IMG/VR virus record: IMGVR_UViG_3300035698_017129
Origin: an uncultured virus (IMG/VR IMGVR_UViG_3300035698_017129)
Lineage: Duplodnaviria; Heunggongvirae; Uroviricota; Caudoviricetes
DNA length: 20,000 nucleotides
Strand: one strand, 5' to 3'
Program-made: the position numbers and the translations under genes
The notes under the pieces: model-generated
What the model saw: the letters and a program-made list of their open reading frames with translations, nothing else
The model's database searches: none
What the model was told of the DNA's origin: nothing
In this document: one piece after another, positions 1-9,900 of the stretch
How the letters are laid out: the number at the start of each line of letters is the position of its first letter
How positions within the stretch are numbered: the first letter of the stretch is position 1

Positions 1-738
1 GGAGACGATCCTACCAAGGGTGTCACTGATGACGGCAACCTCAAGATGCAGGTGCCGCTAGGGGATATTGATCCCTTCGACCACGGCGCCGCGCAGGATG
101 CTGTGCGCGAGCAGCAACGCGAGAACGGCACTGCGCCGCCCGACATGCCGGTAGCGGAGCCGCTACCGGTTCGTAACCCGGCTATGTCGATGGACGCCAG
201 TGAACCTCTGCAGGAGGAGATGGAGCGGCGCTTCAGTCAGGAGTATGGCGACATCACCGTGAAAGTCGACGTCACCGAGCGTGACGCGTTTGTTCGCTCT
301 GCCACACTTGATGAAGAATTCGTCCTCGTTATTGAAATCGACGGCGTAGACATGACGGTCACCGTCGCAATACCTCCGGACGAGTTTACAAACAGCGCCG
401 CAGCCGCAGTGAATCACTGGGCCAACGAGGATTTCATCGACAAGGACAGTGACCTGCAGTGGTTGCTTGCTTTCCAACAGGTGCACGTGTGGTATCAGGT
501 GCGCGCCATCAATGGCGAGCCCACACCATGGTCTGACTACTGGGCAGACGGTATGCCGCCGATTAAGCAGCTGCGCGCCGATATGCGTGACACTGACAAC
601 TTCGATGTGTTCTTCCAGATGAACGCCGTGCGGTGGCGTATGATGCTGGACGCGGTCCGCACTGCTGAGCTGAAATACAAGATCTGCCAGGAGAACTGGC
701 AGGACCGGTCTTTTTTCGGTGGCGCAGATACCGACTGA
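1..738 (+). CDS. Putative tail assembly chaperone (gpG-like), probably 5'-truncated
   Basis: Frame 1 is open from base 1 (GDDPTKGVTDDGNLK-MQ...), so the ATG at 46 may not be the true start. Acidic protein two genes upstream of the tape-measure-like ORF, with an in-frame T TTT TTC heptamer at 711-717 near its 3' end. The function is inferred from position. Confidence 0.55.
   Translation, partial: GDDPTKGVTDDGNLKMQVPLGDIDPFDHGAAQDAVREQQRENGTAPPDMPVAEPLPVRNPAMSMDASEPLQEEMERRFSQEYGDITVKVDVTERDAFVRSATLDEEFVLVIEIDGVDMTVTVAIPPDEFTNSAAAAVNHWANEDFIDKDSDLQWLLAFQQVHVWYQVRAINGEPTPWSDYWADGMPPIKQLRADMRDTDNFDVFFQMNAVRWRMMLDAVRTAELKYKICQENWQDRSFFGGADTD
711..717 (+). other. Candidate -1 programmed ribosomal frameshift site (T TTT TTC)
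   Basis: X XXY YYZ heptamer in the correct phase (TCT TTT TTC). The -1 frame has no stop from 669 through to the ATG at 738 and is the frame of the 738..1133 ORF. Confidence 0.6.
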
Positions 739-1133
739 TGGTAGTCGCTTATCTGCGGGGTCTCCTTCGCAACCATAAATTCGGCTCACGCTCTATGGCC
801 ACCGAGGAAATCATCCTCGAAGCTTTGAGTGCCGAACTCTTGGCGAAAAACATTGAGTCAGGGACGGCGAGTGATTTGGCCATTTTACCGCTGCTGACAC
901 CGGAGAGTATTACCAAGACTACGACGCAGGTGGCAGACAGGCTGGGGCGTGCAGCAGAGCTGCGCCTCCTCGACATCTATAAAGTGGCTGATCAAATTTC
1001 TGGTAATCTGAAGCGGGATAACTCGAAAAACGAGCTATCCTTGTATCAAGTCTACCAAATTGCAGAGAAAACAGGTATCTTTGAAGCGTTCGACGAACAC
1101 TACAACGAGGACGACTTCAAGCCGCTTCTATGA
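738..1133 (+). CDS. Putative tail assembly chaperone C-terminal extension (gpT-like) or hypothetical protein
   Basis: 131-aa helical-looking ORF. TGATG overlap with the upstream gene, ATGA overlap with the tape-measure-like gene, and in the -1 frame of the slippery site. Confidence 0.5.
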   Translation: MVVAYLRGLLRNHKFGSRSMATEEIILEALSAELLAKNIESGTASDLAILPLLTPESITKTTTQVADRLGRAAELRLLDIYKVADQISGNLKRDNSKNELSLYQVYQIAEKTGIFEAFDEHYNEDDFKPLL

Positions 1134-4132
1134 ACCCATACGATTCATATTTCCTGGACTACACCGGTTACGGCCCGACAGGGATGGGAAACGCACCGTC
1201 CGCGCGGGAAATGCGGATGCAAGCGATGAACCGGTTTCGCACGGATCGGCTCAGCACAGCCATGCAATACATCGACCCCTACATCTCGGCTGCGGGGCAA
1301 ACTGCAATGCATACGCTGACGGGAGCGCAGAACAGTCCTGCCCAGGCGAGGCGCGCGCTTTATAGCTCAGCCGGCGGGCAAGGAGCTCTCGACGCAGCGA
1401 TGTTGGCGAGGCGAGGAGGATTCCTGGGCCAGGGCGACCCGGTCAACTACGCAGCCAACATTGCCGGAGGTATAGCAGGTGGCGGCTTTCAGACCAGGGT
1501 GCACGGGCAGACCATGGGAGGGAGCAGCATCTACGGCCAAGGTGGCGTGCAGGGGCAAGGCGCTCTATCGGAGCGCGTGGCTATGAATTTCGCCAAGGGG
1601 ATGCTATCAGACTTGTATGGGACAGGCACGCCCGACCCCAGTAAGATGTTCGGGTTCGATATGGAGGAGGCGTCCGGGGTGTTCAATACCTTGGCTCGTC
1701 GCGGCGCGATTGGGCGCGTGGCGAGTGTGAAGATGAACGCCAGCGTCTCCGAGCGACTATCTGCAGCGAGGGACGGGGCGATCGATCCGGATTTGAAAGC
1801 AGGCCTGGCCGGCGTCCAGGTGACCGACCTTGAGGGGTTGAACAGGGTTATCGATTCAACCGATGATAAGAAACTCAAGCGTGAGCTCATCAAGATAAGA
1901 AACTCAACCTCAGCGATCCAGATCAGCGACCAGGAGCGGCAGCGTGTGTCGAAGGTGGTGCGCGAGGTCACAGAGGGCATGGCAGCGCTAGCCGATGTCT
2001 ACGGCGAACTGAGTGCCCCGGAGCTGCAGCAGAAGCTCGAGCAAGTCTCGGGTAAGCGAATTACCAACTCACAGCAAGCGCGGGAGGCCAAGCAGATGGT
2101 CAACTCTCTCCGCGGTGCAGCAGAGATGAGCGGAATGGACCCCCGCGCGTTCATGCTCTGGTCAGGCGACATGCAGAGCATGCTGCAAGGTGATGTTTCC
2201 AGGTCCATGGGATTTGACCAGCGCACGAGGACACAAGCGACTCGTATCACGGCGGTGATGCATAACCAGATAATGGGGGACTCTGCGATCTCCGCGAAGA
2301 TTGCGCAGGACAACGTGATGCGCGCCCGGGAGAACATGCCAGGCGTCAGGATATCAGACGCCGCGACTCTCGACGAGATCTACGCCGACAAGCGACAGGG
2401 CCGGACACAGTTTACCGACCAATACAAGTCGGTAGCCATGACCCAGGGAGGGTTGGACCAATTCTCTGGCGCAGCTCGAGGCCGAGCAGAGGGGCTGTTG
2501 GCTGAGTTTAAAGCTGCCAACAACGACTCCAGCTTGTCACCAGGAGAACGTGCCCGCAAGAAAGCCTTGATCGCCTCTCAGTTGAAAGGTGAGTGGGCGC
2601 AACTCTACGGCGGCGACTTTAACATGGCTGCAACCTCACGAGGAGGTAAGGACGCCCTGCTGGCCGCCTACGACAGCCCCGCCAATGCGGCAGAGATGGA
2701 GAGTATGGCGATGACCGGCCGCCGCAACGACGTCAACGTAACCCCAGTGGCACGCAGACTTGGGTCGATGGGCGCTGGCGGTTTGGCTGAGGCGAAGCAG
2801 TTGCGCGATAAGATGGGGCTCAGGGGTATGGGCGACTTCATGCGTGACAGCAGCGGAGCGGATGATACTCCGTCCGTCCGCCGTCAAAAGCAGAAGAACA
2901 TTTTGGCGCAGGCTGGTATCTCCGGGGCCGAGGCGGACGATTTCATGGATCGGTTTGTCGGTAAAGACGGGCAGCTGAAGGATTCTAAGGGATTCGGCGA
3001 GTTAGCAGCGGGAATCGGACGGGCAGGTTGGACACCTGGGATGTCCGTCTACGACCAGGAAGCTATCGGAAATGCCAAGATGGGCATGATTGGCGCAGGG
3101 ACGAACCGCAAGCGACTCAGGGCCGGCGACCAGAGAATCTCCATCGGGAGCATTGCTACGGCGCTCCTTACTGGCGGTATCTCAGGGGTCGCGGACTCCG
3201 ACACAATGGCGCTGACGCTTGACGCACTGAAGAGTCGAGGAGCTCTCCCCGACTACGAAGGTGTGAATGCCAATGGTAAAATAGTGATGAAGAAGGCAGG
3301 CACCGGTTATGCCTCTGGGATAGACTTCTCCAAGGGTATAACGAAGGGCGGCCTCGGGAAGCTCAGCAAGTTGCACGGTAAGAACCTGGATCTCCATAAG
3401 AAGCTAGGCTTCGAGACCATGGATGAGCTGATCGCAGCGACGGAGAAGGATCCTAGTCTACGCGCCCGGGCGATCGGTATACTCCAGTCTGACCCAGATT
3501 ATGTCGGGCTGAACCTTGACGGCGAGGCGGACTCGATGACTGCAATGACTGATGAAGCCCGCGCAGGTTGGGTGAAAACAGGCGAGCTCGACGACAGCGC
3601 TAAGTTAGCAGCCGGGATGGACATCATTAACCAGGATGTTCTTGGTATGAACTCGCGGGCGTCGCGAATCAACTTAAAGAAGAACGGGAAGTTCGACGCG
3701 TCCATCTTTGAGGCGGATAAATTCAACGGTATCACAGGTAAAGCCAATGTTAGTGGTTTAGCATGGGGCGGTAAACACCGCCTCGAGATGGGCGGCGGCC
3801 TCGGGCGACTCATGAGCCTCGCCGGCGCGATCAACAAGGGTGGCGCCATGACCATGGTTGGCCTCTCCCAGGTGAATGAGGACGGCGCGCTGTCCGATGA
3901 GTTGCAGTCGCAGTATGATGCGCTGGCTGCTGGCGTGGCGGCCAACGGAGGGAAAGACCTCGCAACAAATTATAGCGACAGAGAGGGTAAGAAGACGGGG
4001 TCAGCCGAGAAACAGATGGCGGAGATCAAGGCCTCCATCGATAAACTTGCGGCGCATAACGGTAACGCCACGATCGTGACGGAGATGACGGTCGAGACAA
4101 TGAAAGTGATCGAGAAAACCGACGAGAACTGA
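1130..4132 (+). CDS. Putative tail tape measure protein
   Basis: 1000 aa, rich in Gly/Ala/Met, Cys-free, with long amphipathic helical stretches (e.g. ERQRVSKVVREVTEGMAALADVYGELSAPELQQKLEQV). Lies between chaperone-like genes and baseplate genes. Confidence 0.65.
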   Translation: MNPYDSYFLDYTGYGPTGMGNAPSAREMRMQAMNRFRTDRLSTAMQYIDPYISAAGQTAMHTLTGAQNSPAQARRALYSSAGGQGALDAAMLARRGGFLGQGDPVNYAANIAGGIAGGGFQTRVHGQTMGGSSIYGQGGVQGQGALSERVAMNFAKGMLSDLYGTGTPDPSKMFGFDMEEASGVFNTLARRGAIGRVASVKMNASVSERLSAARDGAIDPDLKAGLAGVQVTDLEGLNRVIDSTDDKKLKRELIKIRNSTSAIQISDQERQRVSKVVREVTEGMAALADVYGELSAPELQQKLEQVSGKRITNSQQAREAKQMVNSLRGAAEMSGMDPRAFMLWSGDMQSMLQGDVSRSMGFDQRTRTQATRITAVMHNQIMGDSAISAKIAQDNVMRARENMPGVRISDAATLDEIYADKRQGRTQFTDQYKSVAMTQGGLDQFSGAARGRAEGLLAEFKAANNDSSLSPGERARKKALIASQLKGEWAQLYGGDFNMAATSRGGKDALLAAYDSPANAAEMESMAMTGRRNDVNVTPVARRLGSMGAGGLAEAKQLRDKMGLRGMGDFMRDSSGADDTPSVRRQKQKNILAQAGISGAEADDFMDRFVGKDGQLKDSKGFGELAAGIGRAGWTPGMSVYDQEAIGNAKMGMIGAGTNRKRLRAGDQRISIGSIATALLTGGISGVADSDTMALTLDALKSRGALPDYEGVNANGKIVMKKAGTGYASGIDFSKGITKGGLGKLSKLHGKNLDLHKKLGFETMDELIAATEKDPSLRARAIGILQSDPDYVGLNLDGEADSMTAMTDEARAGWVKTGELDDSAKLAAGMDIINQDVLGMNSRASRINLKKNGKFDASIFEADKFNGITGKANVSGLAWGGKHRLEMGGGLGRLMSLAGAINKGGAMTMVGLSQVNEDGALSDELQSQYDALAAGVAANGGKDLATNYSDREGKKTGSAEKQMAEIKASIDKLAAHNGNATIVTEMTVETMKVIEKTDEN

Positions 4133-4134
4133 TT

Positions 4135-4602
4135 ATGGGAACTGCCATCGAAACTTGTAAGGGTCACATCCACATCTTCACTGAGAGTGGCGTGGCCACG
4201 GGTAGCTCCGGGTTCTACGCGATTGACCCGTCGATCCCGGATGCCTCCAACTCCAAGGCGTTGATCCTGGGTGTTCCGCTTGCCTTCCAGGAGATCGTGC
4301 AGCCGACGACTACGCTGGACGATAAGCGTGTGCTCTATTTGTTCGGCACCGCCTGGAACCAGATGTCTGTCTCGGGGATACTCCTACTGGGCGACAGCGG
4401 TACGGGAGGCGCGCAGTTAGGCGAGCTTCTGAAATGGTATAACACCAACAGAGTCAGCGAGCTAAGGGGGCCGATAAGTGTGTCCCTGGGGACGACCGCA
4501 CTCGACGCCTACGTCACTGGGCTGCAGCTCGGCCAGGCCAACCCGAAAAATAACACTCAGATGTTCACCATAATGATGGTGACCGCAGACGTCACACCAT
4601 GA
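4135..4602 (+). CDS. Putative tail tube initiator / baseplate-tube junction protein
   Basis: 155 aa directly after the tape measure. The beta-strand pattern QPTTTLDDKRVLYLFGTAWNQMSVSGILL is compatible with a tube-like fold. Positional inference. Confidence 0.45.
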   Translation: MGTAIETCKGHIHIFTESGVATGSSGFYAIDPSIPDASNSKALILGVPLAFQEIVQPTTTLDDKRVLYLFGTAWNQMSVSGILLLGDSGTGGAQLGELLKWYNTNRVSELRGPISVSLGTTALDAYVTGLQLGQANPKNNTQMFTIMMVTADVTP

Positions 4603-5507
4603 GCGATCCAATCACCATCCACGTAAGGACCAACCTTTATTTGTGGCTCCTCACGGGCAGGTCGAACGACTTCTTCAATGAGCCCCTCAACACGGGCATC
4701 GTGTATTCGATCGCTGACACCCCGGTTGATGTGCAGGAGCTCCGCGCATTGTTGCGCGTCAACGATACTACGACTGACTTCTACGTTCTGGCAGCACTGG
4801 CTGCGGCGAGAATGTCCACCTCGTTCATCCGCACGCTCCCACACGAGAATGACTCTGTGTTCGTGAACGGGTTCCTGACTCTTCCGCCAGTCTCCTCAAG
4901 CCGCACCATGCTGCCTGCGAGCGGATACACGTGGCCGGCCATTGACGGTGGTAGGGCGGGCCAGGACGGGTTCACACAGCTGGTGTTCACCAGCCTCGGG
5001 TCGGGGAGGGCGTCGATCACGACCAACGCGGGCGGCGAGGACACTACGGATTATTCACTCACAGCGGAGGACGGAGGCGCGACCTACCGGTTGAGCTTCG
5101 ACAAGGCCGGCGAATACGGCGTCGACGCTCACTTCCAGGTCGCTGCCTGGACCGCCGGGGACACAGTGGTCTTAAAGTTCTCACCGACGCGGTATCCGTT
5201 CAGGGCCGTCACCGATAGCATTGACCGAAGCGGCCTGGCAAACAGTATGATGAACTCAGAGGGCACGCTGCAGGCCTACGCTGAGACTTCTAACGTGGCC
5301 ACGAAGGTAGGTCTGGCTGCGCTCGCTATAATCCGGCGCATGCTACGGAACATCAACGACGATCAGTCCGGGTTCACAATCACCACGTTGTTTGATTCGA
5401 CAGGAGTCGAACCCTTACGAAAGATTTATGACATTGACCCAGTGTTCACTGGAGGCTTAGGTGACGTAGAAATAGACGACAAGGAGCCTGTAGGATTCGA
5501 TGCCTGA
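4599..5507 (+). CDS. Hypothetical virion/baseplate protein
   Basis: 302-aa ORF overlapping its neighbours at both ends. Helical termini flank a beta-rich middle. No recognised motif. Confidence 0.55.
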   Translation: MSDPITIHVRTNLYLWLLTGRSNDFFNEPLNTGIVYSIADTPVDVQELRALLRVNDTTTDFYVLAALAAARMSTSFIRTLPHENDSVFVNGFLTLPPVSSSRTMLPASGYTWPAIDGGRAGQDGFTQLVFTSLGSGRASITTNAGGEDTTDYSLTAEDGGATYRLSFDKAGEYGVDAHFQVAAWTAGDTVVLKFSPTRYPFRAVTDSIDRSGLANSMMNSEGTLQAYAETSNVATKVGLAALAIIRRMLRNINDDQSGFTITTLFDSTGVEPLRKIYDIDPVFTGGLGDVEIDDKEPVGFDA

Positions 5508-6966
5508 AGATAAACCAGAAGTAGCGGTCGTATCCGCCGAGATCAACGGAGGGGAATACTCTCCGGAAACTTTGAGGTTCTCGATGGACATCAACAGCTT
5601 CCCGTCTGTATCCGCCACCATTGCGCAGACCGACGGCCCGGAGACTGTGAAGTCGCCTGGCTCTAGCCAAGTATTGAGCAGGATAGCGAGACTGCAGACC
5701 GAACGCCTGGCGGGACGAACTGTGCCAGACTTCTCCGTGACAGCCGACGACGGGCGCGGGGGTTCGGTATCCTACGAGGGGTTCATCTCTGCTCCCGTGC
5801 TGGATCTATCCACGGTCAGCACAGTGGACAAGTTTAACTCAGTCGGAGAGGCGGCCCTACTGGACGCGCTCGACCTGGGCATCTACCGCAGCAATTATAC
5901 GACGGCGAGGGAAGAGGCAGGGGACGCCAACTTGGAACCGATCACTGCAGCGACCGACGGCGACGTGCCGACCACCATATCTGAGATCACAGACGTGCTC
6001 GTGAGCAACTACGACTTCGTCCTGTCGGAGGAATACATGCCGACAGCCCAGGAGCTGATTCGGATGCAGCACGAGATCAACACGGGCGGGCCTTTGGAGC
6101 TCTGGACAGCAATCCTGTTCAATAGTGATGTGAGATACGAAAGCTGGGACGCGGCGATCAAGGAGGCCCCCGAGATAGGGAGGGGCCTGGCGGAACGAAT
6201 CAAGGACATGCTGGAATCACCTACGCCGGGGTTCTGGAACAAGCTGCGCGCCTTGTCGTCTGCCTTCCAGATGTATTACGTGCCTGAGTTTGACGGTGTC
6301 GGCTACCTGGAGAGGGCCGACAAGAAGGTTGCTGACCCAGAGGTCACGATCGAGGCGAGCGTATCTTCGCTCTCTGTGACCGACGGCAGCCCCAGGATCC
6401 TTCAACCCGGCGGCGTTGTCATGATGATGCGCGGATCCCCGGCAACACGCACGGAGGCTCAGCCTAACCCTGCGGTCCCGCGCATTGTGGCCTTCGCGCC
6501 CAACCCCCTCCTGTCTGGGTTCATACACCGGGAGCCAGCGCCGTTCTGGTTGCTGCGCGAGGAGGGTATCCCCATCTTTGGGTCCGAGGTGGAGACGGTG
6601 AATGCTCCCGCCGCCGACGGCAAGGTCAACCTGGGTTTACCGAGCAGGGAGGAACGCCGCGGCAAAGCCGTCGAGTTCAAAGCGAGAGTAGACACGGTAT
6701 CGGAGGGTATCATGACTGAGATGTGCGAGGTGATGTTCAAAGACATACAGCTGGCACACTCCACGGCGACGCTGAATCTGCCGCTAGATTTTTCATTGAG
6801 CGAGAATGTAGGGAAGCGCGCCACCATAAGACTTAGCAACGGCGAAGGCGGCTACCGCGAGTTTACCGCATTCGTCCGGGGTATTACGCACAGCGTGGAT
6901 CTCAGGCAGGGGCGCAGCCTCAGCTGCCATACTCAGCTGAAGCTCAGCTACGCCAAATACACTTAA
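5500..6966 (+). CDS. Putative baseplate hub protein (T4 gp27 / P2 gpD-like)
   Basis: 488 aa. The C-terminus ATLNLPLDF...VGKRATIRL...FTAFVRGITHSVDL...HTQLKLSYAK resembles the terminal barrel of hub proteins, and FQMYYVPEFDGVGYL resembles their central region. The position fits. Confidence 0.55.
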   Translation: MPEDKPEVAVVSAEINGGEYSPETLRFSMDINSFPSVSATIAQTDGPETVKSPGSSQVLSRIARLQTERLAGRTVPDFSVTADDGRGGSVSYEGFISAPVLDLSTVSTVDKFNSVGEAALLDALDLGIYRSNYTTAREEAGDANLEPITAATDGDVPTTISEITDVLVSNYDFVLSEEYMPTAQELIRMQHEINTGGPLELWTAILFNSDVRYESWDAAIKEAPEIGRGLAERIKDMLESPTPGFWNKLRALSSAFQMYYVPEFDGVGYLERADKKVADPEVTIEASVSSLSVTDGSPRILQPGGVVMMMRGSPATRTEAQPNPAVPRIVAFAPNPLLSGFIHREPAPFWLLREEGIPIFGSEVETVNAPAADGKVNLGLPSREERRGKAVEFKARVDTVSEGIMTEMCEVMFKDIQLAHSTATLNLPLDFSLSENVGKRATIRLSNGEGGYREFTAFVRGITHSVDLRQGRSLSCHTQLKLSYAKYT

Positions 6967-6967
6967 C

Positions 6968-9900
6968 ATGAGCGACGACAACTCGAGCACCGAAGAAGAA
7001 CAACGCCTCTACCGTGAGCGTGCTCTGGCGCGGGGTCAGGACGCTGACTGCGACCCTGTTGAATTGGTGCTGCAACCTGACGTAGACCCGGTAGCTCCAG
7101 TAGCTCCAGCTGAGAAATGCGACCCACCAGAGGAGGCGCAGGAAGCGGAGTTCTTACCCGCACGTCCGCTGCCGACCGCTGATACACCACCGGATCTTCT
7201 CCCCGAGCCCTTGTCGGTCCTGAACCGCGCTGTGTCTGTCCCGTGCCCGGGCAGCTCCATTGCCTTGGGTGGCAGCTCTAACCCCAGTAATGTCGGCGCC
7301 GGCGAAGACGAGCAATTAGTTTACCTCGATGAGGTAGAGGAGATCACGCAGGACGAGGTGTTCCGCCTCGCTGTTCATATTCCAGCGTTACAGGCGCATG
7401 TGACCTCTGACCTCCTCGCCGCAATAGACGGGGCTGACTTCACCGCATTCGACGCAGAGATCGTCAATATTACGCAGACCTCACCGGCGATCGCCGTCTT
7501 AATCCGCGTCGACCTAGTGGCGGCGTCGGTGCGTGCTGACGCTGTAGCCAATACCATCGCCCTCGCAGGGCTGTCGTGCGGATGGCTCAACGCTGAGCTC
7601 TGGGTGACTTGCCAGGTAGCCACGCCCGGTTACGCCATCGCTTACTCAGACCCAGCAGCGGCCGTGCAAGCGGGCCCTGCTGCGGCAGGGACGTTCTCAT
7701 CCGAGATCGACCAAGCTGACGCGGACGACCAGGCGGCCAGGTCTCTGGCACTTGAATTAACCTGCCTCGTGCTAAACAATACGCTAGAAGATATCTCTTG
7801 CTCAGACGTCGCCGGGATGATCGATGAGACTATGGAGTTGCCAAAGTGGCCTGTGAACTGGACCAAAGCTGCAGACCCGGTAGAGGCTGCCAGAGGTAAC
7901 CAGGTCGTCACGCTCGAGGCCCAAGGTGCCGGCACCTGGACAGTGGCGGACTGGGATGATTTCGAGAGTAACACAGAGGCGGTCGACTTGAATGACCTGA
8001 ACGGTCAGCAGTTCATGCAGGAGTCACAGGTCGGCTCTGGTGAGCGCCGCACGCTCAGAACTCGGTCACGCGTCGACGTCGGCGACGTCAGGACAGCCGC
8101 AGCTACCGTGCTGGAGGCCAATGCGATCGCTTACAACCTTGCTGTGGCAGAGCTGGACTGCTTCGTCCCCAACCGACCTAGAGTGATTTCCTGTATTTCC
8201 GCGGACTATGGGGAAGCAGACGTCATCACACGATCCGGCGGGTTAGGGCTTTCGGCTGCTGACGTGGGCCGTGAGGTCATGTATGCGGAACTGCTGGGAG
8301 CTGACTCAGCTGCTCCCGGCGAGCGTGACAACGCTTATTTAACCGCAAACTACGGCGGCCCTGACTACGAGCGCACTAACCAGGGCGTCGTCAACTACGG
8401 CCTGAACCCGGAGGCCGCAGATACTACGATCGCTTTCGAGGTCTACGTCTGGCCTGGCTACTTCTCAGATGTGGACGTCGCACTCGTGGAGGCCACGGCA
8501 GGTAATCATGCCCAGGGCTTAATGCAATGCCTCTGGATTTCCCTGAAGCATCGCAGCGCCTGTGCGTCGACCGAGGCGGATCGAGACCAAACTGCAACGA
8601 GCACGCAAGAGGACCTGTCCTCCAAGTTCTCTGACGGTGATGTCTCTGACGAGGGCGCAATCCTGGACACGGATCGGTCAATCGATACGAACGAGCTGCC
8701 CCGTGGATTCCTGACGCAAAGCGATTATCCAAACAAGACCGCCGACCCCACGATGGTTGGAGCCTACCAGTGGCCTGGTTTACCGGCGATTACACAGTCC
8801 GGGTTGTCCTGTCTATTTGTCTCCTGCAAGACGGCTTGCTGCGAGCCGAAGCCCGACGACCGCACTCACAAGGTCAACGGCATGGCAAATTACGCCACCT
8901 GGGGCGCTGCCGTGACAGTCCCGGCCGACGTCGGGTCTCAGGTTGCATTCATCGGTGCCTGGTCTGCGGCGCTTGCCAGTAAAACTTTTGTGGCCTGTAA
9001 CGCTTTAGAACCTGTCGGCGCCTTCACGCCGCAATCAGTCTACGATGATTGCGGTATCACATCGCCGCCCGCGTCATCTGGGACGAATGCTATCGCAGAC
9101 ATCGGCCCCAACTCAGGCGCTTACGGGACTCCGGCTCGGTTCAAATACGGCGGGATACTACCGTGGGGGCAGCAGTGGAAAGCTCCTGTGGGGAACGTAG
9201 TGCCGGACGATGGAGTCCTCCCCGGGGAAGTTAAAGGGTGCAACATTATTGCGACTGGGTCGATAGCCTCAGACGAATGGGGGTTCTACCATTGCGCAGA
9301 GGGTTACGCTGAAGGCTACGAACTCGATGGGCTCGGGGCGCAGGCGCGGCAGCTGGCGATAGGACGTTTGGACTGCACGCATATTGCGTGGCCCAGGCAT
9401 TTGGTCAACTGCCCGCAGCCTAACCAGAGAGGCTTTGCTGCGGCCACGACGATTGACATCATTACCGAGGGAACCTCCACGCGTGAGGCCAACGAGCAGG
9501 TCGAGAGTCTCATGCTGCCGCAGCTGAAGTGCAGGGACATGCACAACTTCATGCTTACGTTCAACGGGGGCGGTGGTGGCGGCAGCGACGGCGAGCTAAA
9601 CCTCTTGGGGCCTGTGGTGGCGAACATCGGCGGCGTTGACGCATGCCTGCCTGCTGGCCTGTCGGAGGCTATCCTCTACGAGGACGACTGCGAGACAGTC
9701 GTTGACGCTTTTGCGATGGATGCGGACGTAAGCTCCCACGTTTTCATCGAGGTCAAATGCTGCACAGACCTGGACCCTGTGCCGCCGGAGAAACGGATGA
9801 TTTTGCACGTCGAGGCGGCGGACGCCGCAATCGCTTCTGAAATTCGCAATGTTGCTAATGATTCTCTCCAGAGAGGTAAGTGGGGTCTACCATCTGGCCG

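Noticed and set aside
163..789. 208-aa minus-strand ORF and the many other antisense ORFs in the track
   Set aside because: They lie antisense to a coherent, tightly coupled + strand gene chain and have no protein-like motifs. Such shadow ORFs are expected in GC-rich coding DNA.
7091..7108. 9-bp tandem repeat GTAGCTCCA x2
   Set aside because: It only encodes VAPVAP in a Pro-rich linker and is too short to be meaningful.
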